From positions 1 through 64,000 of the forward strand of contig JYFJ02001491.1 in the NCBI GenBank assembly GCA_000934665.2: a stretch of 64,000 nt of DNA, written 5' to 3'. The position numbers and the translations under genes are program-made. The notes under the pieces are model-generated. The model saw only the letters and a program-made list of their open reading frames with translations, was not told the origin of the DNA and searched no databases. Shown here piece after piece: positions 39,163 to 55,900 of this stretch (within the stretch, counting starts at the first letter, position 1; every line of letters starts with the position of its first letter). Source of the DNA: Catajapyx aquilonaris. Lineage: Eukaryota.

Positions 39163-41393
39163 GTTTTCACTCTCCCACCGCAGCCTCTCTCTCTCTCTCT
39201 AGGTTTCCGATGCAGCTGCTGACTGCTTCATACTTCCACATCTGTGGTCATCTGAAATGAGCAGAACCACCAGGTTCAACATGCTGAAGCATCTGGAAGC
39301 CTACACCTACTTGATACATCAACCAACAAAAAAACTATGCCAACACAATCTAGATACCAATGGCGATGGCTGTAAAATTACCCAGTAAAAAAAAGGCTTA
39401 CGTCACGGTAATATCAGTTACTATCAGCAGATAGTGCCGCTACTAAAATGAGAGGCCGCTAATGAAGACAAGGGAAACCAATTCCCGGCTCTTGTCAACA
39501 GATCAATAAGTGTGGGGGCGTAATTACAAGCAGTTATTGTGCTAATGTACATAAGAATGGATAGAATAGACAAACTGTTGAGTCGACTTCAGCATTCAAA
39601 TATAGGAAACCTGGGTTCATCTTTAACACTAGCTACAGTGTCACGTCATAAGCCAAGAGCTGCGTGAAGCCATCAAAAATATTGAAAGCAACCACCATGC
39701 GTAGAAGCAGCAGAAAAAGTGACACCTCATAATAATTAAAATAGGCAGACTGCATGAGGGGAACGAGCAAGAATAAATAGCCAGGCATGTTTCACATGTC
39801 ACCATATTTTTGGCCCACCGACTGCAGCAAATGTTCACCCATTACTTGTCAGATCTGTTCTGTGCCGCTAAACTAAGCAAAAGACCCCCCTAACAATAAA
39901 TCAATTCCATTAATAGCCCTCAGGACTCAGTGGTGCAGCATATGCCGTTTCTGCTTCAAGTTACCGGATGCATTTTCTTAACACAAAGGCTTTTGGGTTA
40001 GGTCACTGCTACAGGGAATAATCAATGTGAAAGTTTGTTTTTTCTGCCTAATAATGTTTTCTCCAATGGACTGAGATAGTGCATGGCATAATGGCCAACA
40101 ACAGTTTTCGCATCTGGTATATTTCCTTGTTGGAAGGAATGCACCGATTCATTTTCATAGCCTGCTCATAAAGCAGCAATGCAAATGTCATTTACATGCT
40201 ATTGCTAACAGTACAAAGGCATGTGCAAAACAGCCCACTTCAGGAAGCAAAAACAACGCATTCCTTACAATCAAGAGGGCCTGAGTTAATCGCATCAACA
40301 TGATATATGTGGAGCGATTAGACCAAAGTAATTGTGGAATTTTGCCTGCCTGAACAATTAATGTTTTCACACCAAGTTTATACATTGATAGCCTTGAAAA
40401 AAGTTGGCATTGTAGTGCAGGATGTTGTACTGCGCTTGCTTGACGCACATCCCACAACAGTACAGGTCCCCCATGCCATAACTTACAATAACTCTAATAG
40501 GCAATCAGGGTTTGTTATTACATGTTATGCAAGTGCAATTCAGTAACTCCTGGCACAACTGAGGTTATAAATTTACAGAGTCGTGTCAATTTAATACACA
40601 TAATCATGTAGATGCAGGCATACATAATATGAAATACTGCATCCATTTGTCAAAATTGCGACAACCCATATAATACCATAACTCCGAAACATATCAGCAG
40701 CAGTCACATAAACTGAGTCTTGCAAATTATTGTACATTGTCGAACTCTGTACTGTACACTAAAATAAATGGGCATCTCTGCTGAACAGATGGGTAGAATA
40801 CATGTATAATCATAATGGAAACTAATGTGACATTATCATAACTTCATTTGCAGCCTCTCCAGATGCTTTGAAATTTGAATTGCACTACTGTAAAGTGCGA
40901 GTTACAACACATTAGCAAGACTGTGTGTAAACCTGAACATGCATTTGGCATTATTACTTTGGAATAATGTAAGCGTTTCAGAGAAGCATTTGACTCGCAT
41001 GAGACGTGCATCGGATTCGAATTAGTATTATGCCCCGGAGTACATAAATTTTTGCAGTAGAATGTACTTGTCCCAGATACATAAAACATTACGAAAACAT
41101 TCCGCGGCACAGAATATGTACGGCAGTATCGAATGTGTCACTGGAAGTGCGCAGAATATCCTGTCAATAAACGCACACTCCAGTGTTATTTATCTATCCA
41201 TCCATCTTTTGGCATTCAGAGGAACAGAAATTATCGCTGGGAAATTATCAGTGCATTGCCACACAAGAATTAACGAAATCTATGGAATGCTGCTAATCAC
41301 TAACTTCGCTTTTACTGGATAATTTTTTATGAGTAATATTTCAACAGCTACAATATTAGCAGCCAGTATTTTATGATAACTAATCTACTTTAT

Positions 41394-41637
41394 TTATTTA
41401 TCATACCCCGCGAGCTCGGCTCTCTTAGGGGGGTGGACGACCACCACTGGATAGGACAAGGGATAGGGAAGGAAGCGGCTGTGGCCTATTTTTACGGAAA
41501 CGACTCCGGAATTGTCCTGGAGGGGACCATGGAAAACCGCAGAAAACCATGGTCAGGGTCGCCGGCCCCGGGATGTCGAACCCAGGACCTCCCGATTAGC
41601 AGGCGGGCTCCTTATCCCCTACAGCAACTTGCTTCGG
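41394..41637 (-). mobile_element. tRNA-derived SINE, full length, with a 20-bp TSD
   Basis: TGATAACTAATCTACTTTAT is duplicated at 41374-41393 and 41638-41657. The minus strand has an A-box-like TGCTGTAGGGG, a B box GGTTCGACATCCC, a central GGTTTTCC...CCAGGACAATTCCGG...AATAGGCCACAGCCGCTTCCTTCC segment like arthropod Lm1/Talua-type SINEs, and a (TAAA)n tail. Confidence 0.9.
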
Positions 41638-42208
41638 TGATAACTAATCTACTTTATGCAGCTGAGTTAACCATAGACCTATTAACAGCATAATAGACGC
41701 ACCTCCATTTCATCAGATCATACTCGGGGAGGGGAAAAGGTTTTTAGTGTACTGTCGCATGGCGATTTTTCGAGCAATTTTTTGGGGGGCGAAAAAAGTG
41801 CATCTTATATACAATAATTTTCTATATGAAATATCTCTGCACACACACCGCAACAGTGAAATTCGCACACAACCGCTGCAGAATGAATTTGCAAAAAGTT
41901 TCTACTGACTGGCGGAACATCATCATGCATGTAACCCTACGCATTACAACCGATATTCCGTTGTACCTATTCCATACACTGCCAACTCTTCCAACGTACC
42001 AACGGTGGCTGTGTACTACTACGATGAACACTTTGGTGCCTCCAACCAATGCAAATAAGTGTTTCTTCCAAGTAATATGACCGGACAGGGGTCTTCCTAT
42101 TACTGATGGATTTTGTTCCAAAGAAGACGCATATTTCGTGCATAAATTAGTGGGGGTCCAGTGAACCTAATTCGGCCCCTGACCCCTTCTTTTTTTCCCC
42201 ATACTCAC

Positions 42209-42610
42209 CGTGTTGTTCCATATCCTCTGTGTTGCTCCTGCAGTGTGTTGAGCCGGCGTTCGAATGGGGATTATGCTGTGGGGTGGGGATGGGGAGTCGC
42301 AGTGCCGGGGAAAATGATGTGGGGTGGGGTCTGCCGCCCCCCCGAATCCTCTTCCTTTTTCCCCCAACTTCACACGCGGCCCTTTTCCCTCTGCCCCCAG
42401 AAGCCGGGTAAATCCCACAGGCGTCGTACCGATGTAAAAGGGGACGGACCGGCGACGGACGGACAGGGGAGAACAGGCTCCGACCGACTCCCCCGATGCC
42501 TCTACGGCGAAAGGAGCTGTCCCTCCGACCCGACGGACGCCGATATATTTCCCCTGCAGCGCCAGACGGGCACCAGATGGCTCCGGTTGGACTCAAAATG
42601 GCTGCCGGCA
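42209..42610 (-). promoter_or_regulatory. GC/CpG-rich promoter and probable non-coding first exon of egh
   Basis: Minus-strand donor ACG|GTGAGT at 42208, with a matching acceptor TTTCAG at 39252 upstream of the egh ATG. YY1-like AAAATGGCTGCC near 42595. The TSS was not located. Confidence 0.5.
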
Positions 42611-42656
42611 TGCTCAACAGAAAGGGATGCTCCACCAGTCCAATCCAGTTGCTCAA

Positions 42657-42728
42657 GACCTCGTGGCGCAATGGTAGCGCGTCGGACTCCAGATCCGAAG
42701 GCTGCGTGTTCGAGTCACGTCGGGGTCA
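42657..42728 (+). tRNA. trnW-CCA: tRNA-Trp (CCA)
   Basis: GACCTCGTGGCGCAATGGTAGCGCGTCGGACTCCAGATCCGAAGGCTGCGTGTTCGAGTCACGTCGGGGTCA forms a full cloverleaf with a paired anticodon stem TCGGA/TCCGA and intact A and B boxes. Confidence 0.97.
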
Positions 42729-42736
42729 ATCGTTCA

Positions 42737-42747
42737 TTTTTTTTTTT
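42737..42747 (+). terminator. RNA polymerase III oligo-T terminator of tRNA-Trp
   Basis: A T11 run begins 9 nt after the discriminator base. Confidence 0.85.
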
Positions 42748-42833
42748 CGCCCCCGCCTTTTTAAAATACTTGTTTTATTAAATATGTATGACTACATTCA
42801 TTTTGTGATGATATAACCTCCGCACTAATTATC

Positions 42834-47933
<5,100 letters not shown>

Positions 47934-48686
47934 GGTCCAACTAAGCTGACAGGAATTTGTTATTATCTCGTTAAACCTTTGACCTCCAGGTCAGAAGTGT
48001 CACGTTCTGAGAAAATCCACTGCGTCAAGCAGATGATAATACGTCACAACACAGTCACGATTTTCTCTATTGAGAAATTGTCACAAATGTCACAAAGCAT
48101 TTTTGACAGATGCATTTCAGTTACTGTACTGGTTAATTATTTGTAAAACCATCCATTTCTTTTGGTTGCTCCACCCATGTAAATTTCCAGAAATGTTTCT
48201 TTTCCTTCATAATTTCCTTCTACATATCTGCGATATTGTGCATAAACACATGTATTTTCTCACTAACCTAATAATTCCGCCCAATTTCCTAAAAAAAGGT
48301 CATGATTTTCTCGACTCAATTCCATATAATTTTCCTAACCCTGATATAATTCTGGCTGTTTCCAAACTGTGGATTCTTCTCGCATGCAGTATTATTTTCA
48401 GCATCTCCAACCTTCATCAAGAAGGGAATAAAGCGAGTTGTGACTCTAAATCTATCGGACAATAGTGGGCATAATGCCCCAATAGACTATGCTCCAAGTA
48501 AGTAGAAAATTTGTCTCCACCACTGCAAAACCACTCTGACGGCGCTGGAAGTGGGCCAACTATCTTGTTGGAAACTCCTTTCTATACACAATCGAGTGAA
48601 AATTTATATTTTAAAAAAACAACGGATAACCAACAAAAGGTAACGAACATGGAAATGAAGCAATTATGGATCACACTGTGGTCGAT

Positions 48687-49889
48687 GCCAGATGCTTGCC
48701 CAAGTAGTGCAGCAGGATTAGCATGTTGAGCCTAAACAACTACTTCCTTTCTTGATGCTATCAGAGTGGGATTAACATTGATTGGTCCCATCTGCTGACG
48801 CACAGTAAACTGCACGATATGCTTATCCTGCGCATTTCTCTGAGCATCCTACAAGTTACACAGTGAAATGAGATCCACACATGAAGAAATTGGCTGATCC
48901 TGTCCATGCAGTTGAATGCTTCATCCTGCCACTGTCTTCTGAACTTGTGGGCTCATAACCTCTTCTTCACCTGAGCAGCCCACAGAATCCATGCGAAAGA
49001 GCTGCCATGGAATTTGCTTCCTTAAATAGTTTGTTGTTTCGATGTTCGATCCAGTCCTTGCTCACCATTATTACTCTGCCTTTCACTTGCCTGGATTCAC
49101 GTGTGTTTCCTAAGGCACATCTGCAAATTAAAATTAATTAGAGACATTACTATTCTTGAACAGTTACTGTTCCAGCTCAAGCAAATACTTACATCAGATG
49201 TGCGTACATCAGATCCCAAAAGGGCCTGTACTTTCCTCCCATGTTCATGCCCCTTTTCTGTATTTCGCCCTTAATCGGATTTTGGTATCCAGATATGGCA
49301 AAAACCACCCCTTTCATGATCTCATTAAATGGTATGCTCTTATTGGTGTTCTGAAATCTTTCTTCTGGTGTAGCCCACCACCAATCTGGAACATTGACAT
49401 TCACGCTTTCCGCTGCTCCTTTCTTCGTGTCAGTGTGTAAGTGACTATTGGCTGTTGGGACAGAATGTTGCCTTAGCATTTGGGATGACTGGTTCCTGGG
49501 ACACATCATGGATTGGCGGTAATTTGGATGGTTCAGACGTTTCAGGTAGCAATTTTTCCTTTGTTCTGTAACATTAACCTTTTCCCTTTTTTCTGCACCT
49601 TTTCTTCGCATCAGTGTGCAAGTGTTTTTTGGCTCTTGGGACAGATGCAGGTTTAGTGGCAATTTGGATGGTTCAGAGGTTTCAGGTTTGGTCTGCCTTT
49701 CATCTGTTACATTGACTTGTGCCGTTTTTGCTGCGTCACCTTCCTTCGAGTTGGCTCTTTTGGCTCTTGGGGAAGATTTCGGCTTAGCACTTGGGATGGC
49801 TGGTGGCTGGGATGCAATTTGGATGGTTCAGAGGTATCAGGTTCTTGGGATGCCTTGCCAATATTTTGCTGCTACATTTGATTCGGCAT
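48687..49889 (-). pseudogene. Frameshifted XRCC1-like BRCT1 gene fragment fused to an ATRX-tail-like segment
   Basis: PFNEIMKGVVFAISGYQNPIKGEIQKRGMNMGGKYRPFWDLMYAHL|ICALGNTRESRQVKGRVIMVSKDWIE spans a GT-AG intron (49192-49121) and resembles XRCC1 BRCT1. The continuation RKQIPWQLF is in another frame. In-frame TAG codons occur at 48849-48851 and 48732-48734. Confidence 0.75.
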
Positions 49890-50484
49890 CTGCAGTCCAA
49901 CAACAAAGAAACAAATGGTATGGTCACTACAAAATGTTTCAGGAGGTGGGGGCAGCCCTTTTAAAAAACTTAGCACACTGCAACTGGACTTTCCCAAATT
50001 ATTATTATTTTACACACAATGAACTACAAAATGCGAACATCTGCATACAAAGGTTGGTTTACATACAAGTTTACATACGAAAACACTTCATGATGAACGT
50101 TTGTACAATAATAACTAGCAGTCTCTAAGTAATATTATCACAGAGATATGACTGCTCTCCCAAAGACTCATAGAATTGGTATACATTTCCAACTATGTAT
50201 CTCCTTCGTTGCTGTTCATCACCATTAGATTGTGATCCAGGTAGACCCCATTTTGTGACGTTACATATATTTTCAAAATTAGCCTCCGAAAAATTTCAAA
50301 ATTACTCTTAAAAAATTGCAAATAACTAATCAAGACAGCAACACATTGCTGCAATGCCCGAGTCCAAACACACAATAGCCGTTTCTTTTTGCTTTTCTTG
50401 GTGCATTGCGGCAGGATCTGTAGATATATACAGTGCTGTATTATTGGTCTCTGCACTTCCCAAATACTGTACCCATTGTTATAA

Positions 50485-50611
50485 CCTCCTGAGACCCCTA
50501 GTACACCTTTCAATCACCTTTGTTTTTTTTTGTTTTTTTACGCGTTTGAGTTAGTCAGAAGGTGCTGGAAAAAACAAAGGTACAGTATACTGTACCAGGG
50601 GTCTCAGGAGG
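50485..50611. mobile_element. 127-bp piggyBac-like MITE with ATAA target duplication
   Basis: ATAA|CCTCCTGAGACCCCTAGTACA ... TGTACCAGGGGTCTCAGGAGG|ATAA. Confidence 0.7.
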
Positions 50612-51311
50612 ATAAAACACCATTGTAGGCATTCAGAACAATAAATTAACCCTCATATCCAGACAATCCCCATCTGCCCCCTCTTATTAAATGCGTGTAT
50701 TAAATGTTTCAAATACTCACAGTATTTTTTTTTAAAAAAACAGCAATATTCATACTGTACGCAGGAAAATTATTTGAGCCTACATCAATCGGCTATGTTA
50801 TAATTTGGTCGTTTTACAACTTTTCATACTAGTCCTTTTTATACTCGAAAGTAACCAGTTGTAAAATGGGGCCTACCCGTGCTAAGGTGAATCCACAAAA
50901 TACCGTCATGTGTCAATGTCCGTATTCTTTCTCTCTTTATCAAATAACAACATAAAGTGACATGTAATGAACGTAATATTATAACAGAAAATTAAAACAT
51001 GGAAGGCCTCAACGTTTCCTCCTACTACACTGGTGGCACAACAAAATAATACATGCTCTTGATAATGTCACACTGCAGCGTCTGACTGCCTAAGCAGTAG
51101 GAGGGAGGTTAATTGGAGTTGGCATATACAGTTACATGCCACTTCCTCCCTCTGGTGCCTGACGTGCCCATTCAATGCTGCAGCATTACAGACCCATTGT
51201 GCTACCAGAAAGCTAAAAGGTGTCAATCCATATAAACGATAATAAGATTCAGAATTTCCCCCAAAAGTAGCAAAAGAAGAAAAAGAGATGGCCTTCCAAG
51301 AGGTGGTATTA

Positions 51312-51502
51312 AGGCCGGTATCCACGTATGAGAATCTCGCATACGAGGAGCCGCGAGGAGCCAACTGCGCATGCCCAGATACGAGGAAACGAGAAAAAGT
51401 AGAAAATTTTCCACTTTTTCTCTCTTGCCTCGTATCTGGGCATGCGCAGTTGGCTCCTCGCGGCTCCTCATATGCGAGATTCTCGTACGTGGATACCGGC
51501 CT
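51312..51502. mobile_element. 191-bp palindromic PIF/Harbinger-like MITE, TTA TSD
   Basis: TTA|AGGCCGGTATCCACGTA...TACGTGGATACCGGCCT|TTA. Arms of about 75 bp have only two mismatches. Confidence 0.88.
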
Positions 51503-52987
51503 TTATACAGTGCGAGTGAAAAAATGAATATTGATGGGGGGGCCTAGGCTGGAAGCACATAACCACATTTAAACTGTGATAGCATCATAACAAATTCCGG
51601 TGATCATAGCTCAAGCCAGATTGTGACCGAGGGAAGCTTTCACGCAGCACCAGTTATTCTGGCTGCCCACAACAAAGTAACAGATACCCTTGACTCAACA
51701 GAACCTTGTTGCACCACAATATAGGATTATACAGGGCATTGTAACCCTTCTTCTTAAAGAATCTACATTCTGGTATAAGATACATTTAAATGATGAACTT
51801 TCAACTGAAAGGCTGTTAATATTACAAAAGAGAATGAATGGGTAAGAGACACAAGATACGACTAAAAGGATGTCTAACTGGAGCTCATTCATTCTTCTAA
51901 GTGATAACAGCAGCCAACAACGGCATGGAAAAGGAACTTGTCACAAAGTGGAAATTTATTTTACCATTACTATCAAGGAATGCTAATCATAGGTTTACTT
52001 TAATGCGCTACTTCCACCTGCTTTGTCTTAGGCCGACAGCTGACAGATGGCTGTGTACGCATCTAGTTTGCACTTGCCCTTAAACAGCATCACTGGTTGG
52101 TGCCAACTTTTTCAAAATGACACTGTGGAAGGCAATGCTTGGCTTTGCACCATTGTTGCAACACTCAACAGTGGGAAGTAACATCCTGACTAAAAAGAAT
52201 AGCAATACAGAGTGTTTTCACATTCACACAGTTATAAACGTTGACATCAATATTCTTGCAACTGTTGGATTTGTAGATATAATGACATTGTATGATGCAA
52301 AGGTTTCATCATTACGTTCATATACCCCTCCAATCTATAGGTGATGAGGCAATACCAGCTCAAGATGTACTGCCATACATACTGGAGGGTTTACTAATTT
52401 AGGCAAGAGGTCAACTGCAAGTGAGAAATTCTTGCAATTACAATACCAGACCAATTAAATGGAAGACATGCCCTTTATTTCACCTCCCACGCATATTTCC
52501 AAGATAAATTGCAGTATTTGTTGAAAGTTGTGCCTTTGTTGCATCTCACACAACTGTGACTTCAATAATCATGAATGTAGTACGGAAAATAACGAACTGT
52601 AATGTTATGATACCATTACTAACAAATCTAGATGCAATTACAAGAGCCTCTAAATATATTACTATGCAGACTGCATGAATGTTGCAACACTCTGTACTAC
52701 CTATCAACAACTGAGACGAATGCGAATGTAATGATTAAGAATCGCACCCAAAAAATTGGTCACTTGAATAAAAATCCGATCCAAATAAATAGTGGAATAT
52801 GTGACACTCCATGTGACATGAAATGGTCATGGGATTCAGCAAAAAACACTTGAAGTGGACAACAACCTTGTTTGGGGATTAGATCTACATGACATAAAAA
52901 AAAAAAAAAAATGCAAATGAAGAATTTGCCACACTTATAATGTAAACCCAGGTGATCAACCTGGTAAACCTAGCACCATTTTATCTC

Positions 52988-55900
52988 TTACGGACCATTC
53001 TGTGGCTGGTGCCAGGATCGTCCAGAGGATTCCCCAAGTGCAGCGGGACGCATCTCCTGAGGGTTGCGTACAACCTCCTTCCTCACCACTGACAAATTGG
53101 GGTTAATACGGATGGCATTGGCCTGCTGCTGCTGCTGCTGCTGCGGGGTTAGTTCCAAGGGATCACGTTCACTTCCATGAGCACTCTGCGCACTGAGCAG
53201 TGATGACAAATTCATGAGATGCTGCTGCTGCGCGGTTAACTGCAAGGGATCACGTGCACTTCCATGAGCATCCTGTGGATTGAGCAGTGATGACACATTC
53301 ACCCGCTTCTGCTGTCTTCCCTGTGCATTCATGTGCTGCTGCATAAACTGAATTGGCTGATCTGGCCGACGTGGCTGTGCAGTTTGTGCTAAATTGGCCC
53401 TCATTTGCGTCTGCATCAGGAGATTCCTGTATTCAGGGTCAACAAATGCCATTTGTGATTGCTGCTGGGTGTACCCAACCTTGGGTTGCATCCCCTGGGT
53501 CTGCATCATCCCCTGGGTCTGCATCATCCCTTGGGTCTGCATCATCCCCTGGGTCTGCATCATGCCCTGGGTGGACAAAGGGAAAGTAAAAGTCACAAAC
53601 TTTACACCTCTCCACATCATTTCCTACTGCCCCATGAAGGCAAAGAATACCCCAGGAACAAATTCACTGCATCACATTTAACTTGTGCTTTTGATGGGAA
53701 GGATGCACGTGAAGTTCATGCAACATTACCACCCACCTGCTATCTAACCTCTCCCTTCTCCAATCTCCCCGTCATACACTTATTTCAACTGAAGTTGGAA
53801 AAGAAAATATGTCCCAATATAAGTGCCAGTTTTAGCTTCAGTTAACAATAACTTTGCACTGTCTGGTTGTTATCAGAACATTACCACAGTGGGTAACATT
53901 TTTGATTGTCCTTAGCAATAGCTGCTCAATACTAACCATCTCAGCAAAAAAAAAAAGTCTAACTAAATGGACATTTGTAGTGCCCCACGACGGCAGCGGT
54001 TGAGCGCATTGTTTTTGATTTATTCAACAGGAGTTGCTAGGCGAAGTGACTTTCATGTAGGGCGCCTTGTTCGATTTTTCCAGGCGAATGGCGGCCTTCT
54101 TGGAATAGCGGAACTAGGCAGCGAAAACGTTGTTAAACTCAGTGAAGATTGACCAATCAGCGAGCTCAGCAGTGCTGATAATGGCTGCGGCAACCGCTGA
54201 GTTTAGCAACGTCCTCAATACATAAAACGTTTTTGTCTGTTACAGGCAGAGCCTAAACACCAAGGGGCTACCTTTGTGTTAAGGGTACGAATGTACACTT
54301 AAGCGCTCAAGCTTGACAGTTCAGTTAGGTTATGGTAAAACATCAGCAAGCACACTTGTTCTTTAAAAGTGGAGGCGGGTAAGCGGTGGTTTTTGAAAGC
54401 CATTATTAGCAAGGTGTTGCAAATATGTACCAGAAAGGGCCTCACTTAGTTATACATCAGTTACGCAAGAAGTTGACTTTACTACCTAGCAAAACCTGAT
54501 GTTCCCCATTAAGCTCAACAGGGCCAACAAAGAGGTACCATAAATGTATTTAGTGAAACCCATGCCGACTATAGCCCACTAATAAATGCTTCACATGGTG
54601 CACCTACCAGTTGCGGCACTTGGTATTGGGTCATTTGCTGCATGGCAATGTTAACCCTCTGAATTAACTCCTGGGATGGCATATTGGGATGCTGAAAGCG
54701 AGAGAGAGAGAGAGAGAGCGATCAACCTCATGTTCTTATACTAATGAAAAATGGCATCTTCAGAGTTAGTTAGAAATGGACAAATGAGGGGAATACTTTG
54801 CTGAGTACATGTGGGAACCAGGGAGTAAAGCAGTTGTCACCAGCTCCTTACCCTTTCCTTTAACTGTGTGGCAATTTGCGCAAAGATCTGGTCACTTCCT
54901 GCATAAGCATAGAGGGTGGGATCTGCAATGAAAGTGATATTTTTTATTACTAATGAGGTACCTCTGAAGCCCACAATGATTAATGGAAGGGCTACAATAT
55001 CATGTAATGATCTGTCTATCTATTCTGTTTGGGATTCAAACAGGATTCAAACCATGCTAACAGTTGCAGCTCTTTACCCTGCACCAAAATGACCGTATGG
55101 AATGCGGTTCAGATATGTCCCAAGAGTTAAAACTTTTGAAACATATTTATGGGGAAATAAAATCTATATTTGGCATATCACAGTTACTAAGAACAAAGTA
55201 CTGCAACTTTAGTATTACAATGATGAAAAACTGCAGCAGTGAAGTGGTTTGTATTTGATATATGTGGGCCACGTTAGTGACAGAAATGATTTCAATGCGA
55301 GTTACTAGACTCTTGAGTTTGGAAGCATCAGTCTTACTTATGGGTGGCGGTGGTAATTTCCCAGCCTTCTCATCCTCATACTCCTGCCAGGCAGTCTTCC
55401 TCTCCTCCTCGGTGAGACCTTCCTCCAACACATCCTCCAGTAGAGAATCGTGCTCATGGAACTTGACTATCCACTTCTTCTGCCTCATGAGCAGCTCTGC
55501 CAACAGTCGGTCCTTAGGCAGCGCTGGCGTCTCCCTCTCATCCTCCTTCGCAGGAGTGAACTGGTAAAGCTCCACCAGGTCAGCAGCATTGAAGTGCCGT
55601 TCAATCTGCTGCTCATCAACCACTCTGCAGGACAAGCTTTGCTTTGCCACCTGTTGAGAAATTAAACAAACAATGCTAACTGAGGCTCTGTTACAGCAAT
55701 ACAGCGTGTGGAATTAGTACATCTTTAATACACCATCCAAAGACGAGAAAACCTCATCATTGCATGAATTCTGACAGGATTTACCACAAGAACTAGTCAT
55801 GCTATGTCAGCACCAAGTTTCTCCCGTCAAGGTCATATAATCAGGCAACACACTGTTACTTCTGCTGCAAACTTGAAATGAAACCTCGATGCAATGTGGG

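Noticed and set aside
42147..42816. Several 100-206 aa ORFs
   Set aside because: GC-rich promoter sequence overlapping the tRNA. Low stop frequency explains them.
51600..52500. Possible decayed XRCC1 N-terminal exons
   Set aside because: No convincing motif match in any frame by eye. It needs a profile search.
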